Shown: positions 50,480 to 58,590 of the stretch, one piece after another | Numbering within the stretch: position 1 is the first letter of the stretch | Layout of the letters: every line of letters starts with the position of its first letter | Source: Nitrospirota bacterium | GTDB taxonomy: Bacteria; Nitrospirota; UBA9217 | Reading direction: 5' to 3' | DNA: 64,000 bases | Assembly: GCA_963754875.1 (NCBI GenBank) | Contig: CAVWHO010000016.1 | Coordinates: forward strand, 544,001 to 608,000 | Notes under the pieces: generated by a model | Database searches by the model: none | Seen by the model: the letters and a program-made list of their open reading frames with translations, nothing else | What the model was told of the DNA's origin: nothing | Program-made: the position numbers and the translations under genes

Positions 50480-50911
50480 ATGAAGACAAAAGACGACATC
50501 TCCCTCGTCGCGCCCTGCGGAATGCACTGCGGAGCCTGCCCGATGTACAAGGTTAAGGATGATCCGTCCCTGCGGGAAGCGCTGGTCAAGAGGATAAACT
50601 GGAACGGCATTCCCTGTTCGGGGTGCAGACCAGGCAAGGGACATAACCAGTTTATCGAGGGAACATGCCCGACGTACGGCTGCGCGACCGGACGAGGGCG
50701 CGACTTCTGTTTTGAATGCAAGGATTTCCCCTGTGCAAAATTGAATCCGGCGTCCGACAGGGCGGATGTCCTGCCGCACAACCTGAAGATATTCAACCTG
50801 AGCTTCATCAAACAGCACGGGGTGGCCAAGTACCTGGAAAAAGAACCCGAGATCAAGCAAAGATATTACCGCGGCAAGATGGTGATCGGCAAAGGGCCGC
50901 AACTCGGGTAG
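50480..50911 (+). CDS. DUF3795-type Cys-rich protein, paralogue 2
   Basis: APCGMHCGAC...CSGCR...CPTYGC...DFCFECKDFPC. Confidence 0.87.
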   Translation: MKTKDDISLVAPCGMHCGACPMYKVKDDPSLREALVKRINWNGIPCSGCRPGKGHNQFIEGTCPTYGCATGRGRDFCFECKDFPCAKLNPASDRADVLPHNLKIFNLSFIKQHGVAKYLEKEPEIKQRYYRGKMVIGKGPQLG

Positions 50912-51004
50912 ATCGGCTCCTATCACAAGAACGCTGCCATCTTGATGAAAATCGAAGAGATTTGCCGGCGATAATCAATAAATGTATTGTTATAAGGAGG
51001 AGCC

Positions 51005-51436
51005 ATGAAAGACAAAAAGGCTTTGACGGCGCCGTGCGGTTTGGCCTGTTTCCTTTGCGATTTCTACGAGGATAATTTGACAGACGAAGTCGCTGAATTA
51101 ACGCACCTCAAATTCGGCGTGCCAAAAAAAGAAATACCCTGCAAGGGCTGCCGCGGGCAGGACGGGAAGCATTTCCATCTTCCGCACGGGTGCGCAACTC
51201 TGGACTGTGTCAAAGCCAAGGGGGTTACCTTGTGCTGTGAATGTAATGATTTTCCGTGTGCCTTTCTCGCGCCGACGGCGGACAAAGCCGCACACTTACC
51301 TCACAACACAAAACTTTACAATCTTTGCCGTATCAAGAAGATGGGGCTTGAACGCTGGATCGAGGAAGAAGCAGGCCAGATACGAGAAAAATATTTTACC
51401 GGAAAATTTGTCATGGGAAGAGGTCAGGCTGATTAA
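51005..51436 (+). CDS. DUF3795-type Cys-rich protein, paralogue 3
   Basis: APCGLACFLC...CKGCR...CATLDC...LCCECNDFPC. Confidence 0.87.
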   Translation: MKDKKALTAPCGLACFLCDFYEDNLTDEVAELTHLKFGVPKKEIPCKGCRGQDGKHFHLPHGCATLDCVKAKGVTLCCECNDFPCAFLAPTADKAAHLPHNTKLYNLCRIKKMGLERWIEEEAGQIREKYFTGKFVMGRGQAD

Positions 51437-51501
51437 GATGCTTCCGGAATATTGAACAAGAGCCATTATCAATAGCATTGGCCCTACGAAGGAGATCAGC
51501 G

Positions 51502-51811
51502 ATGGCCGAGATACTGGAAGTTTTCGTTCATTCCACGAATCAAAAACTGGGTTATATTGGGAGAGCAAAGTCTAATGCTCCGATCGTTATGGACTACACG
51601 CCTCCGCTCGGTGATGGGCAGGGTTATATGCCCCTTGAGCCCCACGTCATTCCGGAAAATTTTTCTCGCCTTTGAGCTCCAGTCCAAAGATGCCGTGGAT
51701 GCAGACGTGCAGAAAGCGCTCAAGCTTGCCGAAGACTCGGTCTGCGCCGTATGGGCCATGGTAAAAGGCAACGTTGAAATTGTGACCGAATACAAGATGA
51801 TGAAGTCGTAA
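51502..51811 (+). pseudogene. OsmC-family gene with an internal out-of-frame deletion near 51640
   Basis: N-part MDYTPPLGDGQGYMPLE joins out of frame to PTSFRKIF...KLAEDSVCAVWAMVKG; the central helix carrying the first Cys is missing. Confidence 0.75.
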
Positions 51812-51821
51812 CAAGTCATTC

Positions 51822-51905
51822 TCACACGAAGATCACAAAAGACACAAAGAAAAACCTTAAGTGTTTTCAAGCGGCATTTCTTCGTGTCGTTGTGCCGACC
51901 TGTGA
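51822..51905. repeat. Intergenic palindromic element with 9-bp-periodic arms
   Basis: tcacacgaagatcacaaaagacacaaagaa ... ttcttcgtgtcgttgtgccgacctgtga. Confidence 0.55.
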
Positions 51906-51967
51906 AATTTTGACTTCTTTCGAGACCATCACGATAGTCGCTGCATGAGGAAAGGACGGTCCAGGTT

Positions 51968-52495
51968 ATGAAAGAAATAAACAAAAACATACGTGTCCCG
52001 GACAAGCGGCTTGCCGCGGTCTGCGGCTTGTTTTGTCCTGCTTGCCGCGTCTTCATCGGAACGAAAGAAGAGCCCGAAAGGCTCAAGGCGATGGCCCTTC
52101 GTTTTCAAAAGCCTATTAAAGAAATGCACTGTAACGGCTGCCGGTCGGAGAAGCGCTGCTTTTACTGCGAGAGCAAGTGTACCATGGCAAAGTGCGCAGC
52201 GGCAAAAGGCGTCGACTTTTGCGGCGAATGTGTGGAATACCCTTGTTCAAATTTGAAAGTGTTTCAAGCGGAGATGCCGCATCGCATCGAGTTGTGGCAA
52301 TCCCAGGCGCGCATTAAGGAAGTGGGATACGAAAAATGGTATTCGGAGATGATCGAGCACTATTCCTGCCAAAAATGCGGGACCCTGAATTCAGCCTATG
52401 ACATAGCCTGTAGGAAATGCGGGGCAACACCGAGCTGTTCGTATGTAAGGCTCCATAAGGATAAAATCATGCAGCATCTTGCCAAAATGAAATGA
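51968..52495 (+). CDS. DUF3795-type Cys-rich protein, paralogue 4, with a C-terminal zinc ribbon
   Basis: AVCGLFCPAC...CNGCR...KGVDFCGECVEYPC...CQKCG...CRKCG. Confidence 0.87.
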   Translation: MKEINKNIRVPDKRLAAVCGLFCPACRVFIGTKEEPERLKAMALRFQKPIKEMHCNGCRSEKRCFYCESKCTMAKCAAAKGVDFCGECVEYPCSNLKVFQAEMPHRIELWQSQARIKEVGYEKWYSEMIEHYSCQKCGTLNSAYDIACRKCGATPSCSYVRLHKDKIMQHLAKMK

Positions 52496-52508
52496 GGGCT
52501 GCACAGTC

Positions 52509-52606
52509 GTAGGTTCGGTAGAACGAAGTGAAACCCGATATATGCTAAATACTTAAAGATCATTCAAATTGAGGCGTCGGGTTTCGCGTTGCTCTACCCG
52601 ACCTAC
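52509..52606. repeat. GTAG-type REP doublet (REPIN-like) between convergent genes
   Basis: gtaggttcggtagaacgaagtgaaacccga ... tcgggtttcgcgttgctctacccgacctac. Confidence 0.8.
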
Positions 52607-52740
52607 TGGCTGTTCCTACGTAAGACTGCATAAGAACGCGATCATGCAGAAGGTTGACAGAATGGAGTGATTTACTCTTTCGCAGTGTCGGCAGACGATG
52701 CGGGACTCAAGATCGGATTTCGCATCTCTACCTCACATCC

Positions 52741-53406
52741 CTACCTGGTTCGTGCCAGTTGTGTGATATCCCCGTTTTCCAGGATCTGCTTTGTAAAGCC
52801 TTCCGCCGTCGCTCGAATCATCACAAGCCCCACTTCTTCCAGCGTACAGACATACTTCGGGACAAGGGCTTTCCAAAACGGATAGAGCAGGCCGACGATT
52901 TTGGAAATACTATGTGCGTGCTTCAGGCCTTTCGTGGGCTTTATGAATCCCGGTCTGAACAAATACACGGCCTTGTACGGAAGCTTCATCAGGTCATTTT
53001 CCGTTTTTCCCTTCACCCGTGCCCACATGATGCTGCCTTTTTCAGTACTGTCCGTACCGGCGCCCGACACATAACAAAAGGTCATGTCGGGATTGAGCCT
53101 GGACAACACCCTCGCAGCCTCCATCGTAAGGTCATAGGTCATTCGCCTGTAGTCCTGCTCGCTCATGCCCACGGAAGAGACGCCGAGGCAGAAATAACAG
53201 GCATTGTATCCTTTGAGACGGTCTTCGATCTTCGAGTAGTCAAAAAAATCGTCTTGAAGCAGTTCCGTCAGTTTGGGATGATCCACCTTGCAGGGCCTCC
53301 GACCTACGGCCAGGACCGATTCTACGTCCCGGTGTTTCAACGCTTCGTGGAGCACGCCCTCACCGACCATGCCGGTGCCCCCGAATATGATTGCCTTGAT
53401 CTTCAT
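52741..53406 (-). CDS. NAD(P)-binding epimerase/dehydratase-like (atypical SDR) protein
   Basis: GGTGMVGEG, CYFCLGVSS, YVSGAG, WARVKGKTE, FRPG. Confidence 0.9.
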   Translation of the reverse strand: MKIKAIIFGGTGMVGEGVLHEALKHRDVESVLAVGRRPCKVDHPKLTELLQDDFFDYSKIEDRLKGYNACYFCLGVSSVGMSEQDYRRMTYDLTMEAARVLSRLNPDMTFCYVSGAGTDSTEKGSIMWARVKGKTENDLMKLPYKAVYLFRPGFIKPTKGLKHAHSISKIVGLLYPFWKALVPKYVCTLEEVGLVMIRATAEGFTKQILENGDITQLARTR

Positions 53407-53454
53407 AGGTCATCTCACCTCGCTTCAAAAACCTTTCGCTAAACGTCCTGCAGA

Positions 53455-54030
53455 TCACGGGGGCAGCATCTTCTCGATACGTCGGTCCGGGACCAGCCAC
53501 ATGATTGCGACAAGAACATACAGCCCGCATGCGATCCATGAACTAAAAAATGCCAGAGGAATCGCCGCAGCGTAGATAACGACCGATACCTTGCCTTTGA
53601 AATCCCGGCCGACTGCTTCGGCCAGAACGGATTCCCTGCCGTGGAGTGCAATAAGAGTACGGGTCAGGATGAAGTAGGCGATCGCGGCAAAGAGCAGGAC
53701 CACGCCATACAACGCAACAGGCCACGGTGCGAAGTTATTCTCGCCCGTCCAGCCGGTCACGAACGGAACGAGAGACAGCCAGAACAGGAGATGCAGGTTC
53801 GCCCAGAGCACGCGGCCGTCGACGTGCTTGATGGCCTGAAGCAGGTGGTGATGATTGCTCCAGTAGATGCCGAGGAAGATGAAACTCAGCACATAACTTA
53901 GGAACACCGGCGCCAAAGGGACGAGGGCCTCCCACCGTGCTTCACGCGGGATTTTCAGTTCGAGCACCATGATGGTGATGAGGATCGCGATCACACCATC
54001 GCTGAATGCTTCCATGCGTCCTTTGCTCAT
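53455..54030 (-). CDS. TMEM175-family K+ channel (DUF1211)
   Basis: RMEAFSDGVIAILITIMVLE, YWSNHHH. Confidence 0.93.
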   Translation of the reverse strand: MSKGRMEAFSDGVIAILITIMVLELKIPREARWEALVPLAPVFLSYVLSFIFLGIYWSNHHHLLQAIKHVDGRVLWANLHLLFWLSLVPFVTGWTGENNFAPWPVALYGVVLLFAAIAYFILTRTLIALHGRESVLAEAVGRDFKGKVSVVIYAAAIPLAFFSSWIACGLYVLVAIMWLVPDRRIEKMLPP

Positions 54031-54245
54031 TGTTGAGCACCTCTTAGAAATGTAAGCGAATGCTACTTCAAAGGTATGGCATTGCCCACGGAGAGTCAAG
54101 TTAAATGTGTTTTTTTTTAAGGGATCGGAATTGTTCCAGGGATCATGGACTATTGTGATTTCGTTAATAGTTTTAAGCCTTCGCGTCTCAGCGTAAGTAG
54201 TTGCCTTTGGTTTCAGATTGTTTCATAGGGGCTCGTTGAGAATAC

Positions 54246-54274
54246 TTGACACCCCCCTTATTTTCAGGTATATC
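54246..54274 (+). promoter_or_regulatory. sigma70 promoter of the hgc operon
   Basis: TTGACA-17bp-TATATC (or TATCTT at 19 bp). Confidence 0.6.
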
Positions 54275-54316
54275 TTACCTATCTGATTAATCTGATTATG
54301 CGGATATTCCGGAGAA

Positions 54317-54604
54317 ATGATGACAACGACTAAAAAAGCCAAAATCCCCATGGCCGGACCTTTCGGCAAAGGTGCAAGCTGCTGCGCCGTCGAGGCGCTC
54401 GTGACCGTTGACGAGCGGGGCCAGATGGTGCTCCCCAAGGAGCTCCGCGCAAAGGCGGGCATCAAGGCCGGCGACAAGCTGGCCGTGACGAGCTGGGAAA
54501 AAGACGGGAAGATCTGCTGCATCGCCCTCATCAAGGCGGACAACCTCGAGGGTATGGTTAAAGTAATGCTCGGGCCGGTGATGGGCGACATCCTCAATAA
54601 ATGA
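54317..54604 (+). CDS. HgcAB-associated AbrB/MazE/SpoVT-fold protein
   Basis: SCCAVEALVTVDERGQMVLPKELRAKAGIKAGDKL...ICC; directly upstream of hgcA. Confidence 0.85.
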   Translation: MMTTTKKAKIPMAGPFGKGASCCAVEALVTVDERGQMVLPKELRAKAGIKAGDKLAVTSWEKDGKICCIALIKADNLEGMVKVMLGPVMGDILNK

Positions 54605-54684
54605 ACCTGCACGGCATCGAGTTCAGAATAAAGGATTTGAAACTAATGTGATTTGAACTTTCTTGTGTCAATCGAGGTGATCCC

Positions 54685-55770
54685 ATGCAGATGCAAACTC
54701 TCAAATTTGTTAAAAAAGAAGTCCCGCCGTATTCTACTGGCGCGGTGAGTACCCCTGCGGGCAGCGTCTTTCGTGTTTCTTCGGACTGGTCCCGCGCTGA
54801 CTACTGGGGCATGATCAAAAGCCGCAGCGGCGCTTTCCGGATGAATTATGCCGTAGCACCGGGACTCTATGCAATAGGCGATCCCACGAAGGAGTCCGAT
54901 GTTTTCGTGAGCGCCAACTACAAACTGAGTTTCGACATCCTCCGCCGCGAATTGAAAGGCATGAATGCGTGGGTCCTCGTGCTCGACACCAAGAGCATCA
55001 ACGTCTGGTGCGCAGCAGGCAAAGGGACTTTCGGCACTGATGAATTGATCGGCCGCATAGCATCAACAAAACTCGAGGCCGTAATCAGCCACCGAAGGGT
55101 CATCGTGCCCCAGCTCGGCGCGGTCGGCGTAAACGCTGCAGAAGTCCAGAAGAAGACGGGTTTCCGGGTTTCCTTCGGCCCTGTTCAGGCAAGAGACATT
55201 CCTTTATATATTGAAGCAGACTATAAGAAAACAAAAGAAATGAGCACGATCCAATTCCCGATGATGGACCGCCTTGTTCTTACTCCTATGGAAATCAACC
55301 CCGCGATGAAAATGTTTCCCTGGTTTGCCGGCGCTGTGCTCATCCTGTTCGGGCTTCAACCTTCAGGTATCCTTTTTAAAAGCGCGTGGTCCGGGGGCTT
55401 GCCTATTCTCGTTCTCGGCCTCATCACTGTGCTGGCGGGTGCATTCCTGACGCCTGTGCTGCTTCCTTTTATTCCGTTTCGTTCGTTCGCGATCAAGGGA
55501 TGGATCATGGGCCTCCTGTCCATGCTGGCTGTTGTACCGTTTCTCGCACCGGCTGTCCGGGGCGAGATCCTGCTACTCGTTGCATCCTGGATCTTCTTCC
55601 CTGCCATGAGCTCCTATATCGCGCTCCAGTTCACCGGCTCAACGACCTTTACCGGCATGTCGGGCGTCAAGAAAGAATTGAAGATCGGAATTCCTCTATA
55701 TTTAACGGCTGCGGGCATTTCGATCGTTCTTTTGCTGGTCTACAAGATCAGGGAATGGGGGATTGTATGA
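54685..55770 (+). CDS. hgcA: Mercury methylation corrinoid protein HgcA
   Basis: PGLY, ANYKLSFD, cap helix INVWCAAGKGTF, VPQLGA, C-terminal TM helices ending FTGSTTFTGMSGVKKE. Confidence 0.97.
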   Translation: MQMQTLKFVKKEVPPYSTGAVSTPAGSVFRVSSDWSRADYWGMIKSRSGAFRMNYAVAPGLYAIGDPTKESDVFVSANYKLSFDILRRELKGMNAWVLVLDTKSINVWCAAGKGTFGTDELIGRIASTKLEAVISHRRVIVPQLGAVGVNAAEVQKKTGFRVSFGPVQARDIPLYIEADYKKTKEMSTIQFPMMDRLVLTPMEINPAMKMFPWFAGAVLILFGLQPSGILFKSAWSGGLPILVLGLITVLAGAFLTPVLLPFIPFRSFAIKGWIMGLLSMLAVVPFLAPAVRGEILLLVASWIFFPAMSSYIALQFTGSTTFTGMSGVKKELKIGIPLYLTAAGISIVLLLVYKIREWGIV

Positions 55771-56060
55771 AGTATCTCGCGAATGTGACAACGCTTCAGT
55801 ATGCATCGGACAAGTGCGCCGGCTGCGGCAGGTGCGTCGAGGTCTGCCCGCAAGGCGTGTTCGAGATGCGCGACAAGCGTGCTACGATCACGGACAAGGA
55901 CCTGTGCATGGAATGCGGTGCCTGCGCCAAGAACTGCGATTTCGGCGCGCTTTCGGTCAATGCAGGCGTGGGCTGCGCAGCTGCGATCATTACCGGCCTG
56001 CTTACGGGCAGCGAACCCACGTGCGGGTGCAGCGATACTGCCTCAGGAAGCTGCTGCTGA
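55767..56060 (+). CDS. hgcB: Mercury methylation ferredoxin HgcB
   Basis: CAGCGRCVEVCP, CMECGACAKNC, GVGCA, C-terminal CGC...CC; ATGA overlap with the hgcA stop. Confidence 0.97.
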   Translation: MKYLANVTTLQYASDKCAGCGRCVEVCPQGVFEMRDKRATITDKDLCMECGACAKNCDFGALSVNAGVGCAAAIITGLLTGSEPTCGCSDTASGSCC

Positions 56061-56111
56061 CCCGGTTTCGTAACAAGATGAACTCGTAAAAGTCGAAGAT
56101 AACACCTATGG

Positions 56112-56185
56112 TGTCTGGCTTGTCCGGAATCCTTCCTTTTCGGTGACTTATATTGCACTACGATTCCCGGCAAGCGGGAATGACA
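56112..56185. repeat. Degenerate GTCATTCCCG-type palindromic doublet
   Basis: tgtctggcttgtccggaatc ... gattcccggcaagcgggaatgaca. Confidence 0.6.
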
Positions 56186-56243
56186 ACGCGTTACGAAATC
56201 TCTGCCAAGGATTTATTCTTCGATTGCAGCTGGAGGCCTTCCC

Positions 56244-56516
56244 ATGTACTTTATGTCCATTAACAAGTTTAAGCACGACGCGGACCGGACACAGATCAAC
56301 AAGGTTATTCTCGCCCACCGCGAATGGGCCAAGCAGCAGCTTGCCGCAGGGACATTGGTTCAAGCGGGCAAGTGGGGCGAGCGGGGCGGCATGATCATCA
56401 TCAAGGCGGAGAGCATAGCAGAAGCGGAAAAAATCGTTGACCAGGACCCGTTCGCACTGGCAGGACTTATCGAATTTGAAACGGCGCAGCTCCACGCTGC
56501 TGTACCGTTTAAGTAG
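56244..56516 (+). CDS. YciI-family protein
   Basis: AHREW...QAG...GGMIII...DQDPF; GGAGG RBS. Confidence 0.85.
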   Translation: MYFMSINKFKHDADRTQINKVILAHREWAKQQLAAGTLVQAGKWGERGGMIIIKAESIAEAEKIVDQDPFALAGLIEFETAQLHAAVPFK

Positions 56517-56556
56517 CTTAAAATGGCTTTTGACTAATTATTCCCCCCCCCGTTCC

Positions 56557-56628
56557 CGTCATTCCCGCGCAGGCGGGAATCCAGGATTCTCAATCTGTCA
56601 CTGGATCCCCGTTTTCACGGGGATGACG
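56557..56628. repeat. GTCATTCCCG-type palindromic doublet (REP-like)
   Basis: cgtcattcccgcgcaggcgggaatccag ... ctggatccccgttttcacggggatgacg. Confidence 0.85.
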
Positions 56629-56726
56629 AATCAGACTCCAGGGAAGATTTCCCCACCCCTTGACATTCACGTGATCTTACTCAATAATTAATTACTACGG
56701 TGCACCTAATTTCGAGGGAGGCCTTG

Positions 56727-58073
56727 ATGCGGAACATTTTCCGCTCCTTTCTGCTTGCAGTATGCATAGTCGGATCGTTTGTCCCTGCATCAGAAGCAGT
56801 TGAAGCAACGGCAGAAGTCAGCACCGAATTGCCCGCAATTCCCGACCGACGCAAACCCCAGTTCACGAAAGATTTCGGCTACGCCCTTTTCCCCTATCCC
56901 TACAGCTTGCCCGGCATCGGCACAGGCCTCGGACTCGTGGGTGGCGCAATGAACATCGCTGACACGTACACCGACGTTTACGGCATCGTCTTCTCCGGCG
57001 ACGTGCGGGGTGAGGCGTTCGGCGTCGCGGACGTCCACATCATCCCCCGTACGCTCATCCTCGATTTCGGCTACAGCGCGTTGAATGAAGCAACCATTCA
57101 GAGCTACAGCCAGCGGGGAATGAACACGGACAAGCATGACTATCGGCTGCTTGAGTTCGGCGACACGGAATATTACGGCGCCCGGATGACGGCGACGTTC
57201 TTTGACCGCCGCTTCGAAGTCTTCTGGGCATGGTATCAGGGGGCTTCAAAGCTGAAGAGCATCAGGGACAAGGACGGCAACGTTATCGTCGAAGCGCAGG
57301 ATGCCTCCCGGCAGAGCGGTCACGTCATGCTCTACGGGACCCACCTCGACCTGACCGACGACTACTCTGATCCGCGCCGGGGAATCCGGTTCTTCGTCAC
57401 CCGGACGCAGTCCCCGCCTAGCGATTCCGGTCCTGATTATTACGTCATGGACTACAACACCACTGCCTATGTTCCCATCGGCAGGCGCAGCACCTGGGCG
57501 TTCAATTTTCTCCGGTCCGATGCCGTCGTCATCCACCAGGGCGAAACAGACCCCGCAAAGCTCCAGCAGCAACAGGGACTGAACTGCAGCGACCCGACGC
57601 TCACCGCAGAGGAGCAGCAATTCTGTACGGAGGTGATCGCCAACATGATCGCGAACAACAAGTACGGCACAGCTTCGTCACTTGGCGGCTTCAGCCGGCT
57701 GCGCGCCTATCCCCAGGGCCGCTTCCAGGGAGCCCATACGCTGTTCTACGGCACCGAGCTACGCTGGAATCTGACTGACGAACGGACGCCGTTCAACATC
57801 TTCGTCATGAAGGACGTACGGACGTCAGTGCAGATCGCCCTGTTCTACGAGCTCGGCGTCACGTCCGATGTGCAGAGTGACCTGACCAAAAGGTCTAACA
57901 TGCGTGACGACTACGGTCTGGGATTAAGGGTCGTTACAGCTTCAGGAGTGGTTTTCAGGGGTGATGTCGGGTTCGGCAAGGAAGGAGTGTCGCCGGAGAC
58001 TCTTCAAGATCGGCTATCCTTGTGGGGAGATTTAGGAGAGGCAATCGTTCGAAATTCGGTCACTCCCCTATGA
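56727..58073 (+). CDS. Omp85 (BamA/TamA-like) outer-membrane barrel without POTRA domains; 3' end probably garbled
   Basis: Signal peptide, [23 protein letters not shown] (loop-6 motif variant), YGLGLR; the current C-terminus overlaps the convergent gene. Confidence 0.7.
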   Translation: MRNIFRSFLLAVCIVGSFVPASEAVEATAEVSTELPAIPDRRKPQFTKDFGYALFPYPYSLPGIGTGLGLVGGAMNIADTYTDVYGIVFSGDVRGEAFGVADVHIIPRTLILDFGYSALNEATIQSYSQRGMNTDKHDYRLLEFGDTEYYGARMTATFFDRRFEVFWAWYQGASKLKSIRDKDGNVIVEAQDASRQSGHVMLYGTHLDLTDDYSDPRRGIRFFVTRTQSPPSDSGPDYYVMDYNTTAYVPIGRRSTWAFNFLRSDAVVIHQGETDPAKLQQQQGLNCSDPTLTAEEQQFCTEVIANMIANNKYGTASSLGGFSRLRAYPQGRFQGAHTLFYGTELRWNLTDERTPFNIFVMKDVRTSVQIALFYELGVTSDVQSDLTKRSNMRDDYGLGLRVVTASGVVFRGDVGFGKEGVSPETLQDRLSLWGDLGEAIVRNSVTPL

Positions 58074-58476
58074 TCTTCACGAGCACGCGTTTTTTTCGCC
58101 GGCCGTCGAATTCACCGTAAAAAATCTGTTCCCAGGGGCCGAAGTCGAGCTTGCTCTTCGTGACGGCCACAACCACTTCGCGGCCCATGACCGAGCGTTT
58201 TAGATGCGCGTCTGCATTGTCCTCGCCGCTGTTATGCTGGTATTGGCTGGTCGGTTCGTGAGGCGCGAGCTTTTCAAGCCAGACCTCGAAATCAGGGAAC
58301 AGGCCGCGCTCATTATCGTTGATGAACACCGAAGCGGTGATATGCATGGCGTTCACGAGCACGAGACCTTCCTGGACCCCGCTCTCGCGCAGGCAGTCTT
58401 CGACCTGCGGGGTGATGTTGATGAAACCCTTGCGAGACGGGACGTTGAACCAGAGTTCTTTGCGAAAAGATTTCAT
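58060..58476 (-). CDS. yjbQ: YjbQ/UPF0047-family protein
   Basis: [27 protein letters not shown]. Confidence 0.92.
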   Translation of the reverse strand: MKSFRKELWFNVPSRKGFINITPQVEDCLRESGVQEGLVLVNAMHITASVFINDNERGLFPDFEVWLEKLAPHEPTSQYQHNSGEDNADAHLKRSVMGREVVVAVTKSKLDFGPWEQIFYGEFDGRRKKRVLVKIIGE

Positions 58477-58495
58477 AGAAACGAAAAGGACATTT

Positions 58496-58575
58496 AACCA
58501 CGGGTCCCGCTGCGAGACACACAGATAAGCACAGATTTCAGATGTTACCGTGTGCGACGAAGTCGCCAGTGGTTA
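58496..58575. repeat. Intergenic palindromic element (TAACCAC...GTGGTTA) related to 42855-42957
   Basis: Terminal inverted repeats and internal gcgac-gaa-gtcgc hairpin. Confidence 0.5.
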
Positions 58576-58590
58576 AGAACGTATTTGCTC

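Noticed and set aside
54604..54720. Selenocysteine-containing N-terminal extension of HgcA
   Set aside because: A good RBS (GAGGTGA) precedes ATG 54685, and no Cys-TGA pair or SECIS-like hairpin is visible upstream
55386..55766. 224-aa HgcB or HgcA-HgcB fusion suggested by the ORF track
   Set aside because: The extension is an alternative frame inside hgcA; HgcB starts at ATG 55767 overlapping the hgcA stop
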